A stretch of 64,000 bases of DNA from Myxococcota bacterium (GCA_040386535.1 JAZKFH010000046.1:17785-81784); one strand, 5' to 3'. Counted from the stretch's first letter, positions 24,633 through 34,556 are shown. Made by a program: numbers and translations. Notes: generated by a model not told the origin, from the sequence alone.

Positions 24633-25676
24633 CTACCGCGACAGCACCCGCCGCCCGCGCCGCCAGATCACGGCGTCGATGAGGTAGTGATGAAAGTTCA
24701 CGCTCTGGTGGAGCACCAGCGCGGCGGCGATGCCCACTGCGGCGAAGCCGTCAACCGTGAGGTTCAACACGACGTACCCGATGGTCGAGGCCGCGAGGCA
24801 CACCGCGGCGTAGGCCACCCAATTGCGCGGTTGACACAACCAAGCCAGTGAGCCGCGTGCCACGCCGGCCGCGGCGTCGGCGGGGGACGCGGCGTTCCGC
24901 GCCCAGACGAAGAAGCTGTATTGGGCATTGTGCCAGATGTTCACGAAGATCCAGCCGCGCGTGATCTCGGTGACGGCGATGTAGCTGACGAACGTGATCG
25001 CCACGTGGGAGAGCACGAACCACGCGTGCCCGGAGCGATCCCACCGCGCCCGCACGGTCCAGGCGACGAACAGCACGACGGCGAACAAACCGGCCGCGTT
25101 CGAGACGAACTCGGGTACCGCGGGCAACCACAACGGCCCGCCGAAGAAGTTGGTGCTCCCCGCCCGCGCCCCGTGTTGGGCGCACCGGTGCAGCCACCCC
25201 CAGATCGGGAACACGAAGACCACGGCATCCGTGAGCCAGTCGCGCGCCACGGCGCCCTCCGCGCGTTGGTAGGCGCGGGCGATTCCATAGCTTTGCCGCG
25301 TGTAGTGCCAGGACTGCCAGTGGTAGTACAGGGTGTTGAGCGCCGAGAGGCCACCAAACGCGGCGAGGCTCGCGGTGCCGAGCAGGACGAGCGGCGGGAG
25401 CCCCGTCCAGAGGAACCATTGCCGCCCGGCGTGCGCGCGGTCCACCAGGATGCGCATCCACATCGACGCCACGTGCGGGTACGCGATCAGCCAGGTGTCG
25501 GCCCACAGGATCACGAGGAACCAACCCGGGCCCGCGTTGGCGGCCGACCCGAGCGCGAGCGCCAAGAGGAGTACGCCCCCGATCATCCCCAGGTCGAAGC
25601 GTCGGTCTCGGAGCCACGCTCCGTCGACCTTGCCGCCGTGCGTAGACGGCGCCGGGGCGAACGCGGACGCGCTCAG
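24633..25676 (-). CDS. Polytopic membrane protein with conserved His motifs
   Basis: About 8 hydrophobic segments; motifs YPH, WHYTRQSYGI, WHNAQY, FHHYLIDAVIW. Start is ATG 25586 or CTG 25676. Confidence 0.7.
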   Translation of the reverse strand: MSASAFAPAPSTHGGKVDGAWLRDRRFDLGMIGGVLLLALALGSAANAGPGWFLVILWADTWLIAYPHVASMWMRILVDRAHAGRQWFLWTGLPPLVLLGTASLAAFGGLSALNTLYYHWQSWHYTRQSYGIARAYQRAEGAVARDWLTDAVVFVFPIWGWLHRCAQHGARAGSTNFFGGPLWLPAVPEFVSNAAGLFAVVLFVAWTVRARWDRSGHAWFVLSHVAITFVSYIAVTEITRGWIFVNIWHNAQYSFFVWARNAASPADAAAGVARGSLAWLCQPRNWVAYAAVCLAASTIGYVVLNLTVDGFAAVGIAAALVLHQSVNFHHYLIDAVIWRRGRRVLSR

Positions 25677-25692
25677 GGCCTGACCCTCACCT

Positions 25693-26007
25693 TCAGGTCA
25701 CGACGGGGGGCCGCGGGGGCCTGGGCGGCTGGGGCTTGGGCGGCTCGGGCTCGGGCTCGGGCTCGGGCGGGACCGTCGGCGGATCGGTCGGCGGCGGGAC
25801 CGGGGGGGCCTGCGGATCGGTCAGCTCGGGGATCGTGGTCGCCGGAACCGTGGGCGCGGGGACCGGCGCCGTGGGCGGCGGCGGATCCGGCAAGGGGATC
25901 GGCGGCTCCTCGGAGAACCCGCAGGCTACCGACGTGACGGCGATGGTCACCACCGCGGTGAGCAGGAGGCCGCGCGCGAATCGCGGCGCGGAGGCCGGGA
26001 CGCTCAT
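25693..26007 (-). CDS. Small Pro-rich lipoprotein
   Basis: SVAC lipobox; PEPEPE/Pro-rich tail; ATGA overlap with the upstream CotH stop. Confidence 0.6.
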   Translation of the reverse strand: MSVPASAPRFARGLLLTAVVTIAVTSVACGFSEEPPIPLPDPPPPTAPVPAPTVPATTIPELTDPQAPPVPPPTDPPTVPPEPEPEPEPPKPQPPRPPRPPVVT

Positions 26008-27692
26008 CGCCGCGTGTCCACCGCCGCGCGGATCGCGTCGGGCTCGTCGAGCAGGTAGGTGCGGATGTACGCAAAGTCGGTCTGGTGCTGGGCGAACGTG
26101 TACCCGGAGAGGCCGGTCGTGGCGTCCTCCTCGGCGTAGGGCGTGATGAGGACCTCGATCTCGTCGAGCATCTCCTGCACGTGCATGCTGGTGTCCTCGT
26201 CGTCGCCCTCGATCGCGTCCGCCAGCTCTTCGAGGATGTCGAGGTAACGGTCCTCACACGTGTCGTTCGACAGGCACCACGACAGGATGGAGCCGCCGCA
26301 CGTGAAGTACTCGTGCCCGTAGTTGTAGCCGAGGTTGTCGAACGTCAGGTCGAGGCTCGACGGCTGCATGCTGGCCCGGCCGGTGTCGTTGTCCCAATAC
26401 ACGCGGTAGTTGTGGGGCGAGCAGTAGCCGTCCCACTGGCCCACCGCGATCTCGACGGCGATGAGGCGCAGGGCGTTGTCGAGATCGAACACCTCTTCCA
26501 GCGCCTCGACGTTGCTGTCGGTCGCGCTGCCGTTCAGCAGGCTGGTGATCGGCGCGAGCACGCTCGTGTCGCAGGGGTAGCCCTCCTCGCAGTCCCAGGC
26601 GGGGCTGGCCGCGGTGATGTCGCCGCTGCCGGGCTCCCAGAGGTAGCCGTTGCTGCTGCCGTACCAGCTCTCGAGGAACTCGTCGTCGTAGGCCTCGGAC
26701 AACAGGTACAGGCCCTTGGGCTCGCCGTTCATCTCCAGCCAGGCGTAGCTGTTGCGGATGGCGGGAACGCCGAATTCGCGGAAGATGTGGTACGACACGT
26801 ACTCGCGGATGTGCGCGGCGTCCCACACCATGTTGATCAGGTGGAACTTCTTCAAGCCGCGATAGCGAAGGTCGCCGAAGCGGTTGGTGTCGATCTTGAA
26901 GGAGCACTTCTGGTCGATCGTGCGCAACGTGGACGAGCCGCGGATGCGGGCGCCGATGGGGTCGAGCTCCGTGCCGTCGATGGTGATGATGCCCTCGACG
27001 TAGGTGGCGTAGCTGTTGCGCAGGCCCGTCACCGCGGACTCTTCCAGCGTGAGCTCGATGGTGTGCACGCCGTGGAGGCCGAACACGGTCACGTCGGGGT
27101 CGAGCGTGTCGGAGGGGACGAACCCGTTGCTCTCACCGGCCGTGGTCCAAATCGTCGGCGCCCAGGAGCCGCCGTCGGGAAAACGCGCCCAGGAGATGTC
27201 GGCGTCGAGCTCACCGGTGGCGATGCGGTCGACCACCCACCCGTCGACCGCGAGGGTGATCGTGTCGCCGTTGGCGTCGAGCGTGAAGGGGGCGTGGTTG
27301 CCCACGCTGGTCTCGTCCGCGTAGACGAGCAGGAAGCCGCCCGGGAGCAGCTCACCCTCGATGCCCATCCACACGCGCCCGGAGCCGTCCGCCAGGGTGA
27401 GGCGATCTACCGCCACGACCTCGGCCGAGTCGTTGTAGATCTCGATCCAGTCGGGGTACTCCCCCTCGACGTTGAGCGTGAACCCGTTCCGCGGCATCAC
27501 CTCGTTCAACACGAGGTTGGGCGGCGGGTCCTCTTCCGGCAGCGGCACGTCGGTGTCGTCCGGCTCGTCGGTGTCGGGGCCGGGATCGGTGTCGTCGGTG
27601 TCCGTGCCCACCTCGTCGTCATTCAACGACGGGATGAACGAGGTCTCCGGCACTTCGGTGGGGGAGTAGCACGCCAGGAGCAGGGACAACAT
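26004..27692 (-). CDS. CotH-family kinase lipoprotein with lamin-tail domain
   Basis: MLSLLLAC; LNEVM..DWIEIYN; RIRG.ST, KCSFKID, NGEPKGLY, WDGY..HNY..Y, LDLTF. Confidence 0.85.
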   Translation of the reverse strand: MLSLLLACYSPTEVPETSFIPSLNDDEVGTDTDDTDPGPDTDEPDDTDVPLPEEDPPPNLVLNEVMPRNGFTLNVEGEYPDWIEIYNDSAEVVAVDRLTLADGSGRVWMGIEGELLPGGFLLVYADETSVGNHAPFTLDANGDTITLAVDGWVVDRIATGELDADISWARFPDGGSWAPTIWTTAGESNGFVPSDTLDPDVTVFGLHGVHTIELTLEESAVTGLRNSYATYVEGIITIDGTELDPIGARIRGSSTLRTIDQKCSFKIDTNRFGDLRYRGLKKFHLINMVWDAAHIREYVSYHIFREFGVPAIRNSYAWLEMNGEPKGLYLLSEAYDDEFLESWYGSSNGYLWEPGSGDITAASPAWDCEEGYPCDTSVLAPITSLLNGSATDSNVEALEEVFDLDNALRLIAVEIAVGQWDGYCSPHNYRVYWDNDTGRASMQPSSLDLTFDNLGYNYGHEYFTCGGSILSWCLSNDTCEDRYLDILEELADAIEGDDEDTSMHVQEMLDEIEVLITPYAEEDATTGLSGYTFAQHQTDFAYIRTYLLDEPDAIRAAVDTRR

Positions 27693-27746
27693 GTGACCAG
27701 CTTAGCAGAGCCGACACCCGATCGACACACCTGTTCTCGCGGGTGG

Positions 27747-28394
27747 CTACTTGCCCTTTCCGCGCCCGCGGCTGCGGCCGTTCTGCTCGGCCATGAGGCG
27801 CTTGTAGCCGGGAAGGTCGGAGAGCTCGGGCAGCAGCACGATCTCGATGCGGCGGTTCTGGGCGCGGCCGCCGACCGAGCTGTTGGCGGCCACCGGCGCG
27901 TTGTCCGAGAAGGTGGCGGCGGAGATGTGGTCCTCCGGAAAGCCGTTCGCGACCATGTGCTGGGTGACGGCGATGGCGCGCGCGGCGCCGAGGTGCCAGT
28001 TGCTCGGGTACTGCGCGCTGTTGATGGGCTCGCTGTCGGTGTGGCCCTCGACCTGGAAGTCACGGTCGGCGACGCGGCGGGCGAGCAGCCGGGTGATGTC
28101 GGCGAGGTCCTTCTTGCCGGCGGCCGAGAGCTCGGACGAGCCGGAGGCGAACAACACGTCGGATGCGACGGCCAGGGTGATGCGACCATCGACCACCTCG
28201 ACCTTGAGCAGGCCGCGGTCGATGAGGGGCTGGAAGTCCGCGAGGAGCTCCTTGAACGCCTTGAGCTGGGCCTCGGCCCGCGCGTCCAGCCGGTCGACCC
28301 GGGCCTGGAGCTTGGCGTACTTGGCGTTCGACACGCAGCCGACGTTGCCCATCGTGGAGACCGAGAGCGCGGCGATCAGGAGCCAATGGCGCAT
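27747..28394 (-). CDS. OmpA/MotB-family peptidoglycan-binding protein
   Basis: SDVLFASGS, VEGHTD, SNWHLGAARA, NRRIEIV. Confidence 0.9.
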   Translation of the reverse strand: MRHWLLIAALSVSTMGNVGCVSNAKYAKLQARVDRLDARAEAQLKAFKELLADFQPLIDRGLLKVEVVDGRITLAVASDVLFASGSSELSAAGKKDLADITRLLARRVADRDFQVEGHTDSEPINSAQYPSNWHLGAARAIAVTQHMVANGFPEDHISAATFSDNAPVAANSSVGGRAQNRRIEIVLLPELSDLPGYKRLMAEQNGRSRGRGKGK

Positions 28395-28566
28395 GGGGAC
28401 CTCCGGGCGCATGTAACCGGGCGAATGCAACAGAGGTGCGTGCGAGCGGTCGGGAGCGAGATCGCCGACGATCCCGTGCGCGAGGGACGCCCGGCGGCCC
28501 GACCCCGAGCCCGGCGAGGGGGCGCGCCCCGCTCCCTCCGCTCCGAGATCACCCTCCGCTCCGAGA

Positions 28567-29634
28567 TCAGGGGTGGAAGCCCTCCTCCACGAAGTCCAAC
28601 GGCTCGATCTGGATGGTGGTGTGGCCGATCTCGAAGCGGCTCCGCAACGAGGCGGCGAGGGTGCCGAGGAGCTCGTGACCATCCACCGTGCCGTCGACCA
28701 CGACGTGGCAGCTCATCGCGACCATGCCGCTGGTGATGGTCCACACGTGCAGATCGTGGACGGTGTGGACGCCGGGCGTGCCGCACATGGCGGAGCGCAC
28801 GAGATCGACGTCGATGTGGGGCGGGCTGCCCTCCATCAGCACGTGGAGGGCCTCGTTCAGGAGCGCCCAGGAGGCGTGCAGCACGAGCAGCGCGATGGCG
28901 GCGGAGGCGACGGGGTCGGCCCAGGTCCAGCCCTTCCACCACACGAGGGCGCCGGCGACCAGCGCGCCGACGGAGCCGAGCGCGTCGGACAACACGTGGA
29001 GCCAGGCGCCGCGCAGGTTCATGTCCTGGTGGCGCCCGCCGGCGAGCACGGCGAGGCCGAGCAGGTTGACGACCAGGCCGCCGGCCGCGACGGCCATCAT
29101 CAGGGGGCCGACGACGGGGGCGGGCTCGGCGAGGCGCTGCCACGCCTCCCAGAGGATGCCGATCGCGACGGCCACGAGCGCGCCACCGTTGACGACGGCG
29201 GCGATCACCTCGGCGCGATGGAAGCCGTAGGTGCGCGTGGAGGTGGGCGGGCGGCGGGCCATGCGCAGCGCGAACAGCGCGATGGCGAGCGCCGCGGCGT
29301 CGGAGGCCATGTGGCCGGCGTCGGCGAGCAGCGCCAACGAGCCCGACCAGAGCCCGCCGAACAGCTCGACGAAGATGTAGCCGACGACCAGCACGAGCAT
29401 CGCGATCAGGCGGCGTTCGTTGCCGGGGGTGCGCAGGTGGCCGTGGGCGTGCCCGTGGTCGTGGCCGTGCCCCGCGGCGGGTGCGGGAGCAACGGCGGCG
29501 GCGTGGCCGCGGTCCGTATGATCGGCGTGCCCGTGGTTGGCGTGCCCGTGGTCGGAGTGGTCGTGCCCGCCGTGATCGTGGTCGGCGTGGTCGTGGCCGC
29601 CGTGGTCGTGCCCGCGGTGGGGATCGTTCGCCAT
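28567..29634 (-). CDS. czcD: Cation diffusion facilitator (CzcD/ZitB-like) with His-rich N-terminus
   Basis: SLALLADAGHM, TYGFHRAE, AWLHVLSD, HDLHVW, HTTIQIE. Confidence 0.92.
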   Translation of the reverse strand: MANDPHRGHDHGGHDHADHDHGGHDHSDHGHANHGHADHTDRGHAAAVAPAPAAGHGHDHGHAHGHLRTPGNERRLIAMLVLVVGYIFVELFGGLWSGSLALLADAGHMASDAAALAIALFALRMARRPPTSTRTYGFHRAEVIAAVVNGGALVAVAIGILWEAWQRLAEPAPVVGPLMMAVAAGGLVVNLLGLAVLAGGRHQDMNLRGAWLHVLSDALGSVGALVAGALVWWKGWTWADPVASAAIALLVLHASWALLNEALHVLMEGSPPHIDVDLVRSAMCGTPGVHTVHDLHVWTITSGMVAMSCHVVVDGTVDGHELLGTLAASLRSRFEIGHTTIQIEPLDFVEEGFHP

Positions 29635-29682
29635 GTGGGCGGCTAACCGTTCGGACCCGCGGCCGTGGTATCCTGGCCCGGC

Positions 29683-30435
29683 ATGCTGCTCGCCCTCCTC
29701 CTCGTGGCCTGTTCGAATCCCCCCGAAGAGACTCCGCCGGAGATGGAGGAGCTCGTCTGGATGCTCCTCCGTGACTTCGGCACGGAGGACGCGGTGGGCG
29801 AGGCCGAGTACCTCGCCGCCTGGATGGACGAGGAGATCCAGTCGCCCGAGGAGGGCTACGCCGTGGAGACCCCCGCCACGACCTACGTCGAGGCGCTGGA
29901 ATTCAGCCCCAACCTGGAGCTCGGCAACATGTCGGGCGGGCTCGTGATCCGGCGGGTGCGCGGCACGCTCGACGCGTACATGGCGGTGGTGCCGGAGCCC
30001 GATCAGAGCTTCGCCGACAGCAGCTACGACCGGTGGGACCGCACGATCGCGAACGGCAGCGAGGCCGCGTGGGCCGACCGCGAGGACCTCGTCGCGGACG
30101 ATGCGATCGAGAAGAACGGCGGCTTCGGCATCGTGCTGCCCTACCCGATGTTGCGGCAGTTCCGGTGGGTGGAGCTCGAGCGCGGCCCCTCGGTGATCAC
30201 CCACAGCGTGATCTACGACGAGGGCTGGGCGGACGAAAGCAACGGCATCGTCGGCGGGTTCACGATCGAGGTGCTGCTGCCCGACGGGGACGACATGCTC
30301 TGGCTCAACTGCACGTGGACCCAGGTGATCAGCATCGTCGGCGACAACCCGGAGTTTTACACGAACCAGATCATCAACGGCTCGACCGACGTGATGATCG
30401 GGACGGAGCTGTACGTGTCGGGCCCCGAAGAATAG
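29683..30435 (+). CDS. Hypothetical lipoprotein
   Basis: MLLALLLVAC; TATCCT lies 8 nt upstream of the ATG; codon usage typical. Confidence 0.7.
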   Translation: MLLALLLVACSNPPEETPPEMEELVWMLLRDFGTEDAVGEAEYLAAWMDEEIQSPEEGYAVETPATTYVEALEFSPNLELGNMSGGLVIRRVRGTLDAYMAVVPEPDQSFADSSYDRWDRTIANGSEAAWADREDLVADDAIEKNGGFGIVLPYPMLRQFRWVELERGPSVITHSVIYDEGWADESNGIVGGFTIEVLLPDGDDMLWLNCTWTQVISIVGDNPEFYTNQIINGSTDVMIGTELYVSGPEE

Positions 30436-30448
30436 CGGAGGAGTGACG

Positions 30449-30904
30449 ATGGCGCGTGTACTCACGACGACCGAGGAGATCCGCGCGGTGCTCGAGCGCT
30501 CGCGCGTGGTCGCGGTGCTCGGGGCCCACTCCGATCCGGGGCGTCCCGCGTTCTACGTGCCCGACTACCTGCACGGCGTGGGCGCCCGCATCCTGCCCGT
30601 GAACCCCGCGCTCGTCGGGCAGACCTTGTGGGGCGAGCCCGTGCGGGCCACGCTCAGCGAGCTCGGTGTGCCGGTCGACGTGGTGGACGTGTTCCGCCGC
30701 TCCGAGGCGCTCGCCGGCCATCTCGACGATCTGCTGGGGATGAACCCCGCGCCGGCCGTGGTGTGGATGCAGCAGGGCATCCGGGACGACGTGGTGGCGG
30801 CGCGGCTCGTCGCGGCGGGCATCGACGTGGTGCAGGACCGCTGCATGCTCGCGGACCATCGCCGCATGGGGCTCGGGCGGATCACCGCGGGCGCGATCCC
30901 GTAG
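30449..30904 (+). CDS. CoA-binding domain protein (YccU-like)
   Basis: VAVLGA, PVNP, DVVDVFR, VWMQQG, DRC; GGAGG RBS. Confidence 0.9.
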   Translation: MARVLTTTEEIRAVLERSRVVAVLGAHSDPGRPAFYVPDYLHGVGARILPVNPALVGQTLWGEPVRATLSELGVPVDVVDVFRRSEALAGHLDDLLGMNPAPAVVWMQQGIRDDVVAARLVAAGIDVVQDRCMLADHRRMGLGRITAGAIP

Positions 30905-31110
30905 GGTCACGAGACGTTTGTGTCACGGGCCGGGGGGAACCGCTCGATTTAGCGGTGGGAAGTTCGCAGAGCGAGGTCCGTGTCTATGACGTGGAGGGAG
31001 GCACACTGGCCCCTGGAGGCACGCTGGCCCCTGACAGGCGACCGGTGAAGGCGCGGCACGGCGTGGGGAAGCGCCGCGGGATCCGGGTCTCCGGCAAGGA
31101 ACGTGGGATC

Positions 31111-33129
31111 GTGCGCCGCGTCCCCGCGGTCCTCTGGGAGCGGGACGGGCAGACGGGGCGCTTCACCTACGTGAGCGAGGAGGCCTCCCGCATCCTCGGG
31201 GTGCCCGCGCGGGAGTGGACGGAGCGGGTCACCTTCTGGCGCGACCACGTCCACCCTGACGATCGGGAGGGAGCCGAGCGCAGCTTCCATGCCGACGTCC
31301 AGCAGGGGTGCGGGTACTCGATCGAGTACCGGATGTTGGCGGCGGACGGGCGCGTCGTGTGGGTGCGCGACGTGATGAGCGTGGTGTTCGCCCACGGTCG
31401 GCCCGCGCGTGCCTATGGCGTACTGGTGGACGTGACGGCGCGGAAGTTGTTGGAGGCGGAGCAGGCCCAGCAGCAGGTGCGGCTGCGCCGCGAGAACGCC
31501 GTGCTGCTCGAGATCGCCGAGAAGGAGACCCTGCACCTCGGGGACCTCGACGCGGCGCTGCGGCTCATCACCGAGGCCGCGGCGCGGGCGATGGAGGTGC
31601 GCCGTGCCAGCTTCTGGACGTTCGACGACGCGCAGATGTGTTGCCGCGACCTCTACGAGCGGCCGGACGTCGAGACCCGCGAGGGGCAGCACACCGGCGG
31701 GACGGTGATCTCCGCCGCCACCTACCCCAGGTACTTCGCCGCCCTGGGTGCCGGCCGCGCCATCGCCGCGGCAGATGCCCGCCAGGATCCGCGCACCAGC
31801 GAGCTCGTGGAGTACCTCGACCTGCACGGCATCCGCTCGATGCTCGACGCGCCGGTGCGCGTGGGCGGGCGGGTGGCGGGGGTGTTGTGCCTCGAGCACA
31901 TGGGCGATCCGCGCCCGTGGATGCCCGACGAGGAGCAGTTCGCCGGCACCCTCGCGGACCTCATCGCGCTGGCGATGGAGGCGCGCAAGCGCAAGGAGGC
32001 CGAGGCCGCGTTGCGGACGCGGGAGGCGCAGTCCCGCGCGGTGCTGGGCGCCTCCCCCGACGCCATCGTCATGGTCGACGCCGACCGGCGCGTGGTCGAG
32101 TTCAACCGCGCCGCCGAGGCGATGTTCGGGCACACGCGGACCGAGATGCTCGGCCGGAACCTCGTCGACACGATCGTCCCGCCGCGGCTGCGCGAGGACA
32201 TGTTCGCGCTGGGGACGCGCCTACGCGCGAGCGTCGGGCTCGGCAGCGAGGCCGTCGTCGACCTGGTCGGGCTCCGTGCCGACGGGACGGAATTCCCGCT
32301 CGAGATCCGCGTGTTCGGCGTGCCGGACGACCAGGGGACGCTGATGGGCGGCTTCTTGCGCGACATGACGGGCGCGCCCGTGCACCTGGAGACCGATCTC
32401 GAGGCGCTCATCGAGGCGCGCACGCGGGACGTCCGCGCGGCGATGCTGGAGATGGAGGCGTTCAGCTACACCGTGTCGCACGACTTGCGCGCGCCGATCC
32501 GCGCCATCGACGCGTTCGCCCAGCTCCTCTCCGACGAGTGCGGCGACCAGCTCGGCGAGCGCGGCGAGCGGTATCTCCAGCGCATCCGCGCGGCCGCGCG
32601 GCGCCTCTCCATCCTCGTGAACGACTTCATCCTGCTCGCGCGGGTCGCCTCCACCGAGCTCTCCCGCGTGCCGGTCGACCTGTCGGCCTTGAGCCACGTG
32701 ATCGTCGACGAGCTGCGCCAGGCCTCGCCCGACCGGCGCGTGACGTTCCACATCGACGAGCGCTTGGAGGCCCGGGGCGACCCCGGCCTGCTCCGCATCC
32801 TCCTCGAGAACCTGATCGGGAACGCCTGGAAGTTCACCTCCCACCACCCCACCGCCACCATCACGCTCGGCGCCGCCGAGGTGGGCGGCGAGGTCGTGTA
32901 CACCTTGCAAGACGACGGCGCGGGCTTCGATCCCAGCTACGCCGACCGCCTGTTCCGCCCCTTCTCGCGCCTCCACGGCTCCGGGGAGTTCGACGGGACG
33001 GGCATCGGCCTCGCCATCGCCCGCAAGATCGTGGAGCGGCACGGCGGGCGGATCTGGGCCGAGGGCGCGGTGGAGGGGGGCGCGTCGTTCCAGTTCACGC
33101 TGGGGGCGGCGGCGGCGGCGGAGGGGTAG
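31111..33129 (+). CDS. Sensor histidine kinase (PAS-GAF-PAS-HisKA-HATPase)
   Basis: VHPDDR, SMLDAPV (GAF), FNRAAEAMFG, SHDLRAP, NLIGNAWKF, DDGAGF, GTGIGL. Start is approximate. Confidence 0.92.
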   Translation: MRRVPAVLWERDGQTGRFTYVSEEASRILGVPAREWTERVTFWRDHVHPDDREGAERSFHADVQQGCGYSIEYRMLAADGRVVWVRDVMSVVFAHGRPARAYGVLVDVTARKLLEAEQAQQQVRLRRENAVLLEIAEKETLHLGDLDAALRLITEAAARAMEVRRASFWTFDDAQMCCRDLYERPDVETREGQHTGGTVISAATYPRYFAALGAGRAIAAADARQDPRTSELVEYLDLHGIRSMLDAPVRVGGRVAGVLCLEHMGDPRPWMPDEEQFAGTLADLIALAMEARKRKEAEAALRTREAQSRAVLGASPDAIVMVDADRRVVEFNRAAEAMFGHTRTEMLGRNLVDTIVPPRLREDMFALGTRLRASVGLGSEAVVDLVGLRADGTEFPLEIRVFGVPDDQGTLMGGFLRDMTGAPVHLETDLEALIEARTRDVRAAMLEMEAFSYTVSHDLRAPIRAIDAFAQLLSDECGDQLGERGERYLQRIRAAARRLSILVNDFILLARVASTELSRVPVDLSALSHVIVDELRQASPDRRVTFHIDERLEARGDPGLLRILLENLIGNAWKFTSHHPTATITLGAAEVGGEVVYTLQDDGAGFDPSYADRLFRPFSRLHGSGEFDGTGIGLAIARKIVERHGGRIWAEGAVEGGASFQFTLGAAAAAEG

Positions 33130-33167
33130 GGCGTGGCGGTGCGGCCCACGATCGCGTAGCTTCGGGC

Positions 33168-33794
33168 ATGCTCTTTCTGCTCGTTGCCTGCGCGCCCGAC
33201 GCCCCGTGTCCCGACGGCGCTACCCGCCGGGACGACGGCCTCTGCTACGTGGAGGCGGTCGCGCGCGGCCCCACGGCGGACGAGGTGGTCGCGGCGCTGC
33301 CCGCGTGCACCCTCGATGCCGCGGAGGGCAACGGGCGCCTCGACCTCGACGGCCACTGTGTCGACGGGGCGTGTGCCGGGGACTCGTACGCGGACATGAA
33401 CGCGGGAGTGGGGGAGGAGGGCTACTGTGACGGCGGGGCGCTGTTCGTGGACGGGAGCACCGAGCCGTACGCGCACGCCGAGTGGTCGCCGGGGTTCTGG
33501 ACCTACTTCCCCGCCATCGAGGGGACCGTAGAGCCCTACGACTACGCCCCGGACCCTGACGTGCCGACGGGCTCGCCGATCCATACCTACGACGGCTACA
33601 CCGGGACCACCGCGGAGGGGCTCGGGGTCGGCAGCCCGCTGTCCTGCTGGGTCGACACGCTCGGGGTGCCCGAGATCCTTGAGTTCCAGTGGGAGGACGG
33701 CGAGCCGGCGCTCTTCGGCGCGTGGTGGCAGGAGCGGGGCGTCAGCCTCTACTACCTCGACACCGAGCCCGTGCTGGAACTGGAGGCGCGATGA
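33168..33794 (+). CDS. Cys-rich lipoprotein (paralog 1)
   Basis: MLFLLVAC; RLDLDGHCVDGACA; TAEGLGVGS..C.VD..G.P. Confidence 0.7.
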   Translation: MLFLLVACAPDAPCPDGATRRDDGLCYVEAVARGPTADEVVAALPACTLDAAEGNGRLDLDGHCVDGACAGDSYADMNAGVGEEGYCDGGALFVDGSTEPYAHAEWSPGFWTYFPAIEGTVEPYDYAPDPDVPTGSPIHTYDGYTGTTAEGLGVGSPLSCWVDTLGVPEILEFQWEDGEPALFGAWWQERGVSLYYLDTEPVLELEAR

Positions 33795-34408
33795 TCCTGC
33801 TCCTGGCATGCGCGCCCGCCCCCGACTGCGCGGAGGGGTACACCGCCCAGGCCGACGGCACCTGCCTCGGCGAGGCGACCGCGCCGTTCAGCGGGGGCGA
33901 CACGATGGACGAGGTGCTCGACGCGCTGGCGCCCTGCGTGCCGATGGCCGCGAGCGACCGCGTAGATCTGGACGGCGCCTGTGTCGACGGCGCCTGCGCC
34001 AGAAGCACGTTCGCCGAGCTCGATGAGGCCCTGGGAGGGACGGGGGTGTGCGTCTCGGCCGACGACGACCCCCTTCAGGCCGTGTACGCCCGGTGCACGT
34101 GGCCGGTGGGGATCGAAGCCGCGTTCAACGACCGCGATGACGACGGCGTGCCCGACGCGGACGCGCTCGCCTACCCCCTCCGCCTCGTGGCCCCCTACGA
34201 CGGCGCGACCCCCGACGGCCTCGGCCTGGATGCGGGCTTCGCTTGTTTCGTCGACGCGTTCGGCACCCCTGACTCGGTGTCGCTCGTGAACGACGGCGAG
34301 AATTGGTGGCCGGGTGGGTTCTGGTGGCGAACCGACAACGTGTGGCTGGGCTGGAGCCCGGAGAGCGGCCCCTGGGACGGGACCCCGTCGTGGATGTGGG
34401 TGATTTAG
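33791..34408 (+). CDS. Cys-rich lipoprotein (paralog 2)
   Basis: MILLLAC with GGAGG RBS and ATGA overlap; RVDLDGACVDGACA; TPDGLGLD..C.VD..G.P. Confidence 0.7.
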   Translation: MILLLACAPAPDCAEGYTAQADGTCLGEATAPFSGGDTMDEVLDALAPCVPMAASDRVDLDGACVDGACARSTFAELDEALGGTGVCVSADDDPLQAVYARCTWPVGIEAAFNDRDDDGVPDADALAYPLRLVAPYDGATPDGLGLDAGFACFVDAFGTPDSVSLVNDGENWWPGGFWWRTDNVWLGWSPESGPWDGTPSWMWVI

Positions 34409-34409
34409 T

Positions 34410-34543
34410 GCGCCAGGCGCCTGGAGGGCGGCCGGGTCCGCCCGGCCGGTCCGGCCCGGCCGCCGCTCGGGGCGGACGGGCCGACCGAGCGGCTTCGCCG
34501 CGAGCCCGGAAGGGGCCGCCGCCGGCCCTGCGGCGGGGCGCCC
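34410..34543 (+). repeat. Structured dispersed repeat family I, copy A
   Basis: GGAGGGC-hairpin-GGTCCGGC..GCCGACCG-AGCGGC TTC GCCGC-GAGCCCGGA-hairpin-GGCGCCC. Confidence 0.75.
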
Positions 34544-34556
34544 GGAACGTCGCGAC

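Noticed and set aside
27747..28394. Flagellar stator motB
   Set aside because: No motA or flagellar genes nearby; treated as a generic OmpA/MotB-domain protein.
29708..29726. tRNA T-loop-like GTTCGAATCCC
   Set aside because: Lies inside a lipoprotein CDS (..CSNPP..), with no cloverleaf around it.
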